64,000 nucleotides of DNA from Croceivirga sp. (lineage in GTDB: Bacteria > Bacteroidota > Bacteroidia > Flavobacteriales > Flavobacteriaceae), in the NCBI GenBank assembly GCA_028284935.1, contig JANQQQ010000016.1:86730-150729 (forward strand). Direction: 5' to 3'. How positions within the stretch are numbered: the stretch's first letter is position 1; each line of letters opens with the position of its first letter. Both the position numbers and the translations under genes were made by a program. This document shows positions 39,419 to 48,660 of this stretch, in pieces. The notes beneath the pieces were generated by a model. It did not search any database. It had not been told where the DNA came from and saw nothing but the letters and a program-made list of their open reading frames with translations.

Positions 39419-39936
39419 GAATCCCCCATAAATAATGCCCGCAACTCGGTAGCTTCATTGGGCTTCATTTTTCCTGCCAATACCAAGCTCAGTTGTTTTC
39501 TTCGCAGTGCGGCAGCATACCGCTCTTTTTCGATATCGGTTTCGGGTTCTAAATGGGGCACTTCAGTTGGTGTTCCCGTTTCATCAACGGCCACAAAGGT
39601 ATAAATGGCCTCATTGGCCTTGACCCGTTCACCACTAATACGGTCTTCCATCCATACATCGATAAAGATTTCCATGGATGTTTTGAATGCCCGGGAAACA
39701 GCCGCTTCTACGGTAACAACACTGCCCAAGGGAACGGAACGATTAAAGGCCACATGGTTGACCGACGCCGTTACCGTAATTCTTCGACTATGCCTTCTCG
39801 CTGCGATACTGGCGGCACGGTCCATTCTTGCCAAGAGCTCTCCCCCAAATAGATTATTAAGGGGATTGGTTTCGCTGGGAAGGACCATATCCGTCATTAC
39901 AGTACGGGAATCACTGGGTTTTTTTGAACGCATCAT
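39415..39936 (-). CDS. Acyl-CoA thioesterase (hot-dog fold)
   Basis: NLFGGELLARMD and TASVNHVAF motifs. A -7 element TAACTTTG lies at 39949-39956. Confidence 0.9.
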   Translation of the reverse strand: MMRSKKPSDSRTVMTDMVLPSETNPLNNLFGGELLARMDRAASIAARRHSRRITVTASVNHVAFNRSVPLGSVVTVEAAVSRAFKTSMEIFIDVWMEDRISGERVKANEAIYTFVAVDETGTPTEVPHLEPETDIEKERYAAALRRKQLSLVLAGKMKPNEATELRALFMGDS

Positions 39937-39993
39937 TTAGAATTTGCGCAAAGTTAACTAAGATCAAATGGAAAAAAGAGCTTCTTCGGAAAG

Positions 39994-40941
39994 CTATTTT
40001 TCAGAAAGCATCCAGGCATCTGAAGAAATGGTCGCCTTAATTTTTCTTAAATAAGTTAAAGCTTCTTGGCTGTCCGAAAAACTATGAAACGCTACCTGGT
40101 GCAAACCATATCGATTGGTGCCTAAATAAGATGCGTCGTATCCCTGTGCCTTTAACTGGGTTATTTTCTTGTCAGCATTATCCCTAAACCTGAAAGCACC
40201 TGCAATGATATGGTGCATTGGTCCCTTTGGCCTTTTTGCAATATTCAAGGTCAAGGTAGGCAGTTCCACAGGATTGCCTTCAAAAAATGTGGCTTCCTGG
40301 ATATGTCTGGAAACCTGTTCCTGCACACTTTGTTGTACCAGTATTTGTTTTTGCTGGTTTTGGTTATAAAACTGGTATCCGCTTGCTCCGGAAGCCAAAA
40401 GCAACAGAAAAACGGCAGCGTATTTTAGCCAGTGTCGACCATTCGATGAACCACGGCTTTCTGGCGTAAAGGTAAAGGGTACTTTTTCCTCCAATTGCGC
40501 TACTTCTTCCTTGAGTTTTTCACGAATCACCGGAGCGGCATTGAATGATGAAAATCCGAAGGAAGAGACCAGATAGTTATGGCCTTCTTCAGGGGAAAAT
40601 TGAATTTTCCCTTCCTTTCCGGTCCATAGTTTTCCTATTCCCTCCAAAAACAACGATTTTCCACTTTCCAGTTTACCCTTCCATTGATTGGATACTTCAA
40701 TCACCTCTTCCAATAACTCCTCATAGGGCAGGTTTTTGGCATGTGCAATATGGGAAACCAACAGCCCGTCGTTCTTGGTCAATTGCTGATTAAAAGAGAG
40801 ATTTTTTGTTGGGGGATGTACGGTTTGTTGCTTGACATCAATCCGTGCAGAGGTGGTATTGGCCAAAAAAGCACCAAACTCGGGAACTACCACACAATTG
40901 TATCTATACAATAATTCCGCTATGAAGTATTCTACACGCAT
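39994..40941 (-). CDS. HU-like N-terminal / SPOR domain membrane protein
   Basis: CVVVPEFGAF, FNQQLTKNDGLL, TM helix, C-terminal HIIAGAFRFRDNA. Confidence 0.8.
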   Translation of the reverse strand: MRVEYFIAELLYRYNCVVVPEFGAFLANTTSARIDVKQQTVHPPTKNLSFNQQLTKNDGLLVSHIAHAKNLPYEELLEEVIEVSNQWKGKLESGKSLFLEGIGKLWTGKEGKIQFSPEEGHNYLVSSFGFSSFNAAPVIREKLKEEVAQLEEKVPFTFTPESRGSSNGRHWLKYAAVFLLLLASGASGYQFYNQNQQKQILVQQSVQEQVSRHIQEATFFEGNPVELPTLTLNIAKRPKGPMHHIIAGAFRFRDNADKKITQLKAQGYDASYLGTNRYGLHQVAFHSFSDSQEALTYLRKIKATISSDAWMLSEK

Positions 40942-41037
40942 AAAGGCAAATATTGAAAAAAATGTAGTGTCCCGAAATGTGTCGGATTACTTTTTATTAA
41001 CATTTGAATTTGGGTATATTGTGAAAAACTCCGGCTC

Positions 41038-42150
41038 ATGTCCATGCTTTCTTTTAACGAACTTTTGGCGCTTTTGCGATTGCAGAAAGTTCCTCTAGTA
41101 GGAGACGTAAATGCCAAGAAATTATTGGAAAGATGTGGTTCTGCGGAACAGGTATTTAAAGAGCGAAGGGAAGTGCTTCAAAAGATTGATGGAATCGGTT
41201 CCATACTGCTATCCCGATTGTATGATACCATGTATTTGGAGGAGGCAGAAAAAGAATTGGAGTTCATTCAAGAAAATGACATTACGTATTCCTTTTTTAA
41301 GGATGCAGCCTACCCCAAACATCTAAAACATTGCATTGATGCCCCTATTCTTATTTTCAAAAGAGGGAACATGGACCTCAAAGGCAAAAAAATCATTAGT
41401 ATGGTCGGTACCAGACAAATTACCAGTTATGGTAACGCTTTCATTGCCGAATTTATGGAAGCCATAGCACCTTTAGATCCGGTTATTGTAAGTGGTTTTG
41501 CGTATGGCATTGATATTACTGCCCATCGGGCTGCCATGGACCATAATTTACAGACCCTAGGTTGTCTTGCGCATGGTCTAAATCAGATATATCCCAAGAC
41601 CCATACCAAGTACGTTTCCCAAATGGAAAGAAATGGGGGGTTTATTACGGAATTTTGGAGTAGTAGTCATCCGGATAGGGAGAATTTTTTAAAACGTAAT
41701 CGCATTATTGCAGGAATGAGTGAGGCCACTATTGTGGTGGAATCTGCCGAAAAAGGCGGCAGTTTGGTAACAGCCGACATTGCCCATAGTTATCATCGGG
41801 ATGTTTTTGCCGTACCAGGCCGTTCAACAGATAAGTATAGTACGGGCTGTAACAACCTTATTAAACAGCAAAAGGCCCATTTATTGACCTCTGCGGCGGA
41901 CTTGGTGTATATGTTGGGATGGAAACTTTCTGAAAAACAAGGGATTAACTCTCAAAAACAGTTGTTTGTAGAGTTGGATGAAACAGAAAAGTCTATCTAC
42001 CAATACTTGCAGTTAAACGGAAAACAATTACTGGACACCGTAGCTTTGGAATGTAATTTGCCCATTTTTAAAACGTCTTCTTCCTTATTGAACATGGAGA
42101 TGAAAGGAATAATTCGTCCGTTACCCGGCAAATTGTTCGAAGCTATTTAG
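41038..42150 (+). CDS. dprA: DNA-processing protein DprA
   Basis: SMVGTRQ, VSGFAYGID and RNRIIAGMS...ESAEKGGSL motifs, C-terminal wHTH. Confidence 0.95.
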   Translation: MSMLSFNELLALLRLQKVPLVGDVNAKKLLERCGSAEQVFKERREVLQKIDGIGSILLSRLYDTMYLEEAEKELEFIQENDITYSFFKDAAYPKHLKHCIDAPILIFKRGNMDLKGKKIISMVGTRQITSYGNAFIAEFMEAIAPLDPVIVSGFAYGIDITAHRAAMDHNLQTLGCLAHGLNQIYPKTHTKYVSQMERNGGFITEFWSSSHPDRENFLKRNRIIAGMSEATIVVESAEKGGSLVTADIAHSYHRDVFAVPGRSTDKYSTGCNNLIKQQKAHLLTSAADLVYMLGWKLSEKQGINSQKQLFVELDETEKSIYQYLQLNGKQLLDTVALECNLPIFKTSSSLLNMEMKGIIRPLPGKLFEAI

Positions 42151-42542
42151 AAGGAATTTACCATTCATCGAAAGGAAATGAGACAGACAGGGTGTTACGG
42201 TATAACATGTCATTGAACAGGCTGAATTTGACGTTTTATCCTGATGAACACCTTTTTTTCGTTTCAATTTGTGGTTTCTAAAGTGTTTTGTGTAGCAAAA
42301 ATTTCTGCCGAAGAAGGGGTCTTTTCTTTGGTTTGTGATGCCCGCCCTGAACGCAGTCGAAGAGTTGGCAAGCGGCAGCAATGAACAATTAATATTCTTT
42401 TCTTTTTTGCATTGCCCAAAAAGGAAACAAAAAAGTCTAGGCTGATTTTCAATTTCTTGAAATCCAACGAATTTTTCAGCGTCCTCACCATCCAGACCGT
42501 TCCTGATTGACATCAGGATACTCTTTGGATAGTATCTTTAGA
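42151..42542. repeat. Structured ~390-bp intergenic element (repeat- or ncRNA-like)
   Basis: Contains CCCTGAACGCAGTCGAAG, a TTTTTG-N7-CAAAAA stem and the hairpins TCCTGAT / ATCAGGA and GATACT / AGTATC. Confidence 0.45.
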
Positions 42543-43511
42543 TTAATACCCCAATTTCTCCCGAACCCGGCTCAAAACCCCATCAGCCACCTTTTTAGCC
42601 TTCTCGGCACCGATCGCTAGGGCCTCGTCCACTTCGTGGAGATGGTCCATATAGTAGTTAAATTTCTCTCGGGGTGCTTCAAATTTGTCCAATAGCACTT
42701 CAAACAAGGCCTGTTTGGCATGGCCGTACCCATAATTTCCTGCAAGATAATTAGCGCTCATCTCTTCAATCTGTTCTTGGGAAGCCAGAATCTTATAAAG
42801 GGCAAAAACATTGTCATTACTGGGGTCTTTGGGGTCTTCCATGGGAGTGCTGTCCGTTACAATACCCATAATTTGCTTTCGTAGCTTCTTGTCGGTTTGG
42901 AACAGATTGATAAGATTATTGCGACTTTTGCTCATTTTTTCCCCATCCGTACCTGGAACATACATGGTGTTTTCCTGAACTTTTGCTTGGGGCAGTACAA
43001 AGGTCTCCCCCAGTTGATTGTGAAAACGTGAGGCAACATCACGGGTCATTTCCAAATGCTGTAATTGGTCTTTACCTACGGGCACAATTTCTGCATCATA
43101 CAACAGAATATCGGCGGCCATGAGCATGGGGTAGGTAAAAATACCGGCATTTACATCCTGCAACCTATCTGCCTTATCCTTAAACGAATGCGCCAGTGTT
43201 AATCTTTGATACGGAAAAAAGCAAGTTAAGTACCAAGCGAGTTCTGCCACCTGAGGGACATCGCTTTGGCGATAGAAAACCGTTTTTTCAATATCCAGTC
43301 CAAAGGCTAACCACGCGGCAGCTGTTGCGTAGGTATTCTGCCTCAATTCCCCGCCATTCTTAATTTGGGTGAGCGAATGCATGTCAGCAATAAACAAAAA
43401 GGATTCGTTTTCGGGTTTTTGCGCCATTTGTATGGCAGGAACAATCGCCCCTAAGATGTTCCCTAGATGCGGTATTCCAGTACTTTGGATACCTGTTAAA
43501 ATACGAGCCAT
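42543..43511 (-). CDS. trpS: Tryptophan--tRNA ligase
   Basis: HLGN (HIGH-like), VPVGKDQLQH and KMSKS motifs. Confidence 0.97.
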   Translation of the reverse strand: MARILTGIQSTGIPHLGNILGAIVPAIQMAQKPENESFLFIADMHSLTQIKNGGELRQNTYATAAAWLAFGLDIEKTVFYRQSDVPQVAELAWYLTCFFPYQRLTLAHSFKDKADRLQDVNAGIFTYPMLMAADILLYDAEIVPVGKDQLQHLEMTRDVASRFHNQLGETFVLPQAKVQENTMYVPGTDGEKMSKSRNNLINLFQTDKKLRKQIMGIVTDSTPMEDPKDPSNDNVFALYKILASQEQIEEMSANYLAGNYGYGHAKQALFEVLLDKFEAPREKFNYYMDHLHEVDEALAIGAEKAKKVADGVLSRVREKLGY

Positions 43512-43597
43512 TCCGTTTAGGATTTGGCCGTAAATGTAAGCATACGGGAGTGATAAAAAAAGTGGTTGAACAAGGCTTTTAAACCTTGCGAAACCGC

Positions 43598-43840
43598 TTA
43601 CGTTTTAAATAATCCAGCGACGAAAAGAATAACAATGGCACCGATGACGCCTGTAATCAAATCCCCAAAAAGGCCAGTTCCAATCTGTATGCCCAAGGTG
43701 CCAAAAAGCCAATTGCCCACGGCTCCCCCTACAATTCCCAAAACAATATTGATCAAGGCACCAAAACCGCCGCCTTTCATAATTTTTCCGGCCAACCAGC
43801 CGGCAATGGCACCAATTAGGATGGCATATAGGATACTCAT
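43598..43840 (-). CDS. GlsB/YeaQ/YmgE-family small membrane protein
   Basis: IGAIAGWLAG...NIVLGIVGG...GVIGAIVIL. Start taken at ATG 43840. Confidence 0.88.
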   Translation of the reverse strand: MSILYAILIGAIAGWLAGKIMKGGGFGALINIVLGIVGGAVGNWLFGTLGIQIGTGLFGDLITGVIGAIVILFVAGLFKT

Positions 43841-43897
43841 AGCATTGTTTTTGTTGGTTGCATCCTTAAAGATACCCAAAAATTCTACTTTTGATTC

Positions 43898-44644
43898 GTG
43901 TTGCGATTTTTCAAGAATATGGGCCATGCGCTATACCGAATCTGGTTTTACGTATTGGTGGCTGTGCCCATTTTAGTGTTTTCCCCGCTTTTGCTGTTAA
44001 CTACGCTTTCCAATACCACGTACAGCGCTTTTTATTGGTTGGCCCGTAATATATGGGCCAAGACCATTTTGTTTGGGATGGGGTGTTTGCCAAGGATCAA
44101 ATGGAAACAGCAAATGCAATTGGACAAAAGCTATATGTTGGTCGCCAACCATACCAGTATGTTGGATATTATGTTGATGCTTTTTGTTAGTAAAAACCCA
44201 TTCGTTTTTGTGGGGAAACAGGAATTGGCCAAAATTCCTGTTTTTGGGTTTTTTTACAAGCGAGTCTGTATTCTGGTAGATAGGAGCAGTCATAAAAGTA
44301 GATCGGCGGTATATCGCAGTGTTCGTGAACGGCTGGACAGGGGATTGAGCATCTGCATTTTTCCGGAAGCCGGGGTTCCTGATGAAGATATTGTACTGGA
44401 TGCATTTAAAGATGGGGCTTTTAGAATGGCTGCCAACCATAATATACCAATCGTTCCAATTACATTTTTGGATTGTAAGAAGCGGTTTCCTTGGTCTTTC
44501 TTCAATGGCGGCCCTGGCAAACTCCGGGTAACGGTTCACCCCTTTGTGGAAACGGAACTATTAGGTACGGAGGATACGTCCACCATCCGTGAAGAAACAA
44601 GGAGGTTAATTCTGAATGACTTACTGGAAGATCAAAATCCATAA
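43898..44644 (+). CDS. plsC: 1-acyl-sn-glycerol-3-phosphate acyltransferase
   Basis: NHTSMLD (HxxxxD), VDRS and FPEAG motifs. A -7 element TACTTTTG lies just upstream. Confidence 0.88.
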   Translation: MLRFFKNMGHALYRIWFYVLVAVPILVFSPLLLLTTLSNTTYSAFYWLARNIWAKTILFGMGCLPRIKWKQQMQLDKSYMLVANHTSMLDIMLMLFVSKNPFVFVGKQELAKIPVFGFFYKRVCILVDRSSHKSRSAVYRSVRERLDRGLSICIFPEAGVPDEDIVLDAFKDGAFRMAANHNIPIVPITFLDCKKRFPWSFFNGGPGKLRVTVHPFVETELLGTEDTSTIREETRRLILNDLLEDQNP

Positions 44645-44661
44645 GCTATTTTGACACTTCT

Positions 44662-44819
44662 CATTGAGGCAACTTCAATGAAAAAAGGGAAAGGCCCTGA
44701 GACGAAAACAGGGCCTTTGTGTATGCCGTTAAGAACGGCGTACTAACCAACTTCATAAAACATCACGTTCAGGGTTTTTACAAATTCAACGAAATCGATA
44801 GACTAAATCCTGAACGCAG
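44662..44819. other. Four tandem stem-loops between convergent genes, including a bidirectional terminator candidate
   Basis: CATTGA / TCAATG, AAAGGCCCTG / CAGGGCCTTT (44690-44718), GTATGCCGTT / AACGGCGTAC, and CGTTCAGGGTTT / AAATCCTGAACG. Confidence 0.65.
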
Positions 44820-44850
44820 GCCAAGGGTCTTCCCTATTTTTTCCCTCAAC

Positions 44851-46326
44851 TCAAAACCGAAAACTCAAACCACTATATACTCCTATAGTATAGGGCCTAA
44901 AATTCCCAGCGGTTTCAGAAAAGGTATTGAGTTGATATTTAAATATGGGTTCTACATTCAACTGTAATTTTTGGGAAATGTTATAGTTGAAACCAACACC
45001 TAAATTGGTGCTGAAATTAATGTCATTGGCATTATTGGCTTCCCCCATTTCCGTAATTAACTGCTCTGATTCAAGACTTACGGCGTTGTCTACCAAAAAC
45101 AGGGAACTGACACCACCAATAAGGTTGATGCCAAACTTTCTGTCCAGTAGCGCATAGTTGAGCTCCATGGGAACTTCAATATAGCCCAATTGTTGTACCA
45201 TTCTACCTTCGAAAGGCTCGGCAGTTCCTGCGAAAATAGAAGTATTATCTACGCTTTGTACCTCATTACTTTTGCTTTCAACCACTAAATTTCTTGAGGT
45301 TTGCGAATAATTAATATTATCAATGAGCTGATTGGTGGAAGTGGTCAAAGAAGAAGTAAAAACAACATCATTGGTATCATATCCGTAATCTACGCGATGG
45401 ACCCCTGAACGAACACTGAGTTTTTCACTTATATTGTAGGTAACCGTAAGACCGTAGCTTAGGTTGAGATTTCCCGATTTGGAATTAGAGGCAAAATTGG
45501 AGTGTATTGGGGAACCTTCACCAACGGAACCAAAGAATACCGGAGCTACTGAAGGACCCATGGACCATCTTTTTCCAGAATTTTTTGTTATTGCCAGTTC
45601 CTCCTGGTCCTGAAGTTCCTCAATAGCATCAAAGATGGAAATGGTATCCTCTTCATTCCCTTTCTTTTCGGCTGCTGCCACCTCATTTTTTGTTTCAGCT
45701 ATTCCATCTGGATTTAGGGTAGGTTCATTTAGGTTTTCTTCCCTTTGTTTTTTATTGTTTTCTACAATCGAGTTGTCAATATTGGCAGGAATGGCATTGG
45801 AATTCCTTTGTTCTGTTATCGTTAGTTGAGACTCCCGCTCCTGCTTTCGATTATTGGTATTGGTCACCAAGCCATCTTTAGGATTCAATACCTCTTGTTT
45901 GGGTACAAGTACATCTTTTGTTTGGGATTCCATAGAACCCGATGCTTCTTGCGCCGCTCTATTCGAACGTTGATTGGATTCCGTATCGGAAGTACCAACT
46001 ACTTGACTGTCCTGGGATTCCTCAAGGATTTTGGAATCTACAGTGCTATCGTCGATAGCATTGTTGGTGTCCTTAGGGGTATTCTTTTCGGTGTTGACGA
46101 TACTGGGGTCCACCGCATTTTCATTGGTCGAAAATGGGTTGACAAGGTAAAAAAGCAGGGCGAGTGCCGCTGCCGCCCCTCCCAGTTGCCACCAAATAGG
46201 CACAATTCTCTTTTTCTTCCTTTTGTTTAAGGAGGCTTCAATATTCTCCCAAACCCTCTCGTCAGGGGTTTCGGAAAAGTCCTTGAATTTTTCCTTAAAA
46301 AGGTTATCCAAATTATTTTTTCCCAT
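44851..46326 (-). CDS. Putative dual-membrane-spanning anti-sigma factor (N-terminal anti-sigma region, TM, disordered linker, C-terminal OM beta-barrel)
   Basis: DNLFKEKF...VWENIE, basic patch, TM at about aa 41-62, about 190 aa rich in N/S/T/E/D/Q, barrel strands (YIEVPMEL, LGVGFNY), terminal Phe. Directly after an ECF sigma gene. Confidence 0.72.
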   Translation of the reverse strand: MGKNNLDNLFKEKFKDFSETPDERVWENIEASLNKRKKKRIVPIWWQLGGAAAALALLFYLVNPFSTNENAVDPSIVNTEKNTPKDTNNAIDDSTVDSKILEESQDSQVVGTSDTESNQRSNRAAQEASGSMESQTKDVLVPKQEVLNPKDGLVTNTNNRKQERESQLTITEQRNSNAIPANIDNSIVENNKKQREENLNEPTLNPDGIAETKNEVAAAEKKGNEEDTISIFDAIEELQDQEELAITKNSGKRWSMGPSVAPVFFGSVGEGSPIHSNFASNSKSGNLNLSYGLTVTYNISEKLSVRSGVHRVDYGYDTNDVVFTSSLTTSTNQLIDNINYSQTSRNLVVESKSNEVQSVDNTSIFAGTAEPFEGRMVQQLGYIEVPMELNYALLDRKFGINLIGGVSSLFLVDNAVSLESEQLITEMGEANNANDINFSTNLGVGFNYNISQKLQLNVEPIFKYQLNTFSETAGNFRPYTIGVYSGLSFRF

Positions 46327-46336
46327 CTTTACGTGG

Positions 46337-46867
46337 TTAAGCGATGTTTACATTTTCTTTTTCAATTTTTTCCTTCAAAATCATTCTGGCCCTTGCCAAA
46401 TTGGATTTTGATGTTCCAGTAGAGGTTCCCAATAACTCGCTTATTTCTTTATGGGAATATCCATCCAAAACATAAAGGTTAAAAGTGAGTCGATATTTAT
46501 TGGGCAACTCTTGTATGTACTCTAAAAGCCTTGATAGGCTTATGCTTACCGTTTCATTTTCAAGTTCTACCTCATCCCCAATATTCTCATGTACCACATC
46601 CAAGCGTCTTTCCTTGCGATATTTTTGTAAAACAGTGTTCACCGCAATACGTTTCATCCAACCTTCAAAAGAACCTTTATGGTTGTACTGTCCAATCTTG
46701 TCAAAAATGGTCATAAAGGCATCATGAAGGTTATCTTCCGCTTCTGTGCGGTTTCTTGAATACTTCAAGCACATTCCAAAAAGGACCGATGAGTATTTTC
46801 GGTACAATTCTTCCTGCGCCATTCTATTCTGTTCCTTACAGTATTTTATGAGTTCATCCTGACTCAA
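46337..46867 (-). CDS. ECF RNA polymerase sigma factor
   Basis: AEDNLHDAF, FEGWMKRIAVN and YSHKEISELLG...SKSNLARAR motifs. Confidence 0.95.
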   Translation of the reverse strand: MSQDELIKYCKEQNRMAQEELYRKYSSVLFGMCLKYSRNRTEAEDNLHDAFMTIFDKIGQYNHKGSFEGWMKRIAVNTVLQKYRKERRLDVVHENIGDEVELENETVSISLSRLLEYIQELPNKYRLTFNLYVLDGYSHKEISELLGTSTGTSKSNLARARMILKEKIEKENVNIA

Positions 46868-46885
46868 AATGTTGGTTAGTTTGTT

Positions 46886-47314
46886 TTATTCGTTAATTTC
46901 GTCCACAACAGGCACTTGGTACTCTAGATATTGAAGATTTCCGTCAGTATCTTCTCCAGTATAAAATCTAAGGGTATAAATGTCAACGTTTTCCGCTTTG
47001 ACGGTCAAAATACCCGTCAAAGATTCATCGGTAGTGATACAATCTTCCTCCGTGAGCACGGATCCAATAGCAACCACAGTTGTCCGTCCATTCCCTTCTG
47101 AAAACACATCGAAACCTTGAAAAAAAGTACAGTCGTCCGGTCTAGAGAAGCTCACCTCAATGTTGTGCGATTCATTCAACACAAAAAAATCTGGGACATC
47201 CGCTTCAGTAATTTCCATAGAAACAAAATGGAAATTTTCTCCAGTGTCAAGTTCACAATTATAAAAAACCGAACCACATAACACTACCAATGCTATTGCA
47301 AAAATCCTTTTCAT
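46886..47314 (-). CDS. Acidic hypothetical lipoprotein
   Basis: From ATG 47314: lipobox FYN-C followed by ELD, beta-rich, with two further Cys. Confidence 0.75.
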   Translation of the reverse strand: MKRIFAIALVVLCGSVFYNCELDTGENFHFVSMEITEADVPDFFVLNESHNIEVSFSRPDDCTFFQGFDVFSEGNGRTTVVAIGSVLTEEDCITTDESLTGILTVKAENVDIYTLRFYTGEDTDGNLQYLEYQVPVVDEINE

Positions 47315-47399
47315 AATTAAAACAATTGCAGGGTAAAGATGCCCTGAGCACACTTAGGTTGCGTATTTATGGCCTTTTTAGGGAATCAAATGAGGGCAA

Positions 47400-48407
47400 T
47401 TAATCTTTTAGCGTTGCAATGGCCTCTTTTATTTTAGATTCCAACTCCTCGGAAAGTTCAGGATTGTCTTCCAGAAGTCCTTTTACGGCATCCCTTCCCT
47501 GGCCAAGCTTGGTATCCCCATAACTGAACCAAGAGCCGCTCTTTTTAATAATTTCGTAAGAAACCCCTAAGTCCAAAATTTCACCTACTTTGGAAATTCC
47601 TTCCCCGTACATGATATCAAACTCCGCAGTTTTAAAGGGAGGTGCTACTTTGTTTTTTACTACTTTCACACGGGTCTTGTTCCCTTGAACTTCCCCATCC
47701 GTAGATTTTATTTGTGTGGAACGTCTAATGTCCAATCGAACCGAGGCGTAGAACTTTAGCGCATTACCCCCTGTTGTGGTTTCTGGATTCCCAAACATGA
47801 CCCCAATTTTTTCGCGCAATTGGTTGATAAAGATGACCGTGCAATGGGTCTTGCTTATGGTGGATGTCAGCTTTCGCAAAGCTTGCGACATCAGTCGGGC
47901 GTGAAGCCCCATTTTGGAGTCCCCCATTTCCCCTTCAATTTCGCTTTTTGGGGTTAAAGCCGCTACAGAATCTATAATGACGATATCAATGGCCCCAGAG
48001 CGAATAAGATTATCGGCAATTTCCAATGCTTGTTCGCCATGATCGGGCTGGGAAATGATCAGATTATCAATATCAACGCCTAATTTTTGGGCGTAAAATC
48101 GGTCAAAGGCATGTTCCGCATCAATGAAGGCAGCAATCCCCCCTGATTTTTGGGCTTCTGCAATGGCATGCAAGGTCAAGGTCGTCTTACCTGAAGATTC
48201 AGGACCGTATATCTCAATGACCCTTCCCCTAGGATAGCCGCCTACCCCCAACGCTAAATCCAGTCCCAATGATCCAGATGAAATCACCTCAACATCCTCA
48301 ATGACATGGTCCCCCATTTTCATGACGGCACCCTTTCCATAGGTTTTGTCCAGTTTATCCAGGGTCAGTTTTAGGGCTTTTAGCTTCGCTTCTTTGTCGT
48401 TGCTCAT
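47400..48407 (-). CDS. recA: Recombinase RecA
   Basis: [16 protein letters not shown] and [17 protein letters not shown] motifs. Confidence 0.99.
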   Translation of the reverse strand: MSNDKEAKLKALKLTLDKLDKTYGKGAVMKMGDHVIEDVEVISSGSLGLDLALGVGGYPRGRVIEIYGPESSGKTTLTLHAIAEAQKSGGIAAFIDAEHAFDRFYAQKLGVDIDNLIISQPDHGEQALEIADNLIRSGAIDIVIIDSVAALTPKSEIEGEMGDSKMGLHARLMSQALRKLTSTISKTHCTVIFINQLREKIGVMFGNPETTTGGNALKFYASVRLDIRRSTQIKSTDGEVQGNKTRVKVVKNKVAPPFKTAEFDIMYGEGISKVGEILDLGVSYEIIKKSGSWFSYGDTKLGQGRDAVKGLLEDNPELSEELESKIKEAIATLKD

Positions 48408-48428
48408 TTTTGCAAGGGATTAGACCTT

Positions 48429-48463
48429 CAAAAATACCACTTATTGTGTATTTTAAAATACCA
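48429..48463 (-). promoter_or_regulatory. recA -7 element with a tandem repeat
   Basis: TATTTTTG (minus strand, 48429-48436). AAAATACCA occurs at 48431 and 48455. Confidence 0.5.
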
Positions 48464-48660
48464 ACGCAACCTTTTTACGAACAGTTCCTCTTTAAAGAGA
48501 CTAATTCAAATAATTTTCAAAGTACCCTTCAGTACTTATGGAAATATATAATGAAAAAGAAAGGATATTGGTCATTAGGCACGTCTCTTGGATGTGCCTT
48601 TTTTATTTGGTTATCTTTGGCCAGCTTTAAATCATCTTTTAACTTAAATATTGGTATAGC

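Noticed and set aside
42121-42513. 130-aa and 75-aa minus-strand ORFs
   Set aside because: They are translations of a repeat-like structured spacer with no protein motif, and one overlaps dprA.
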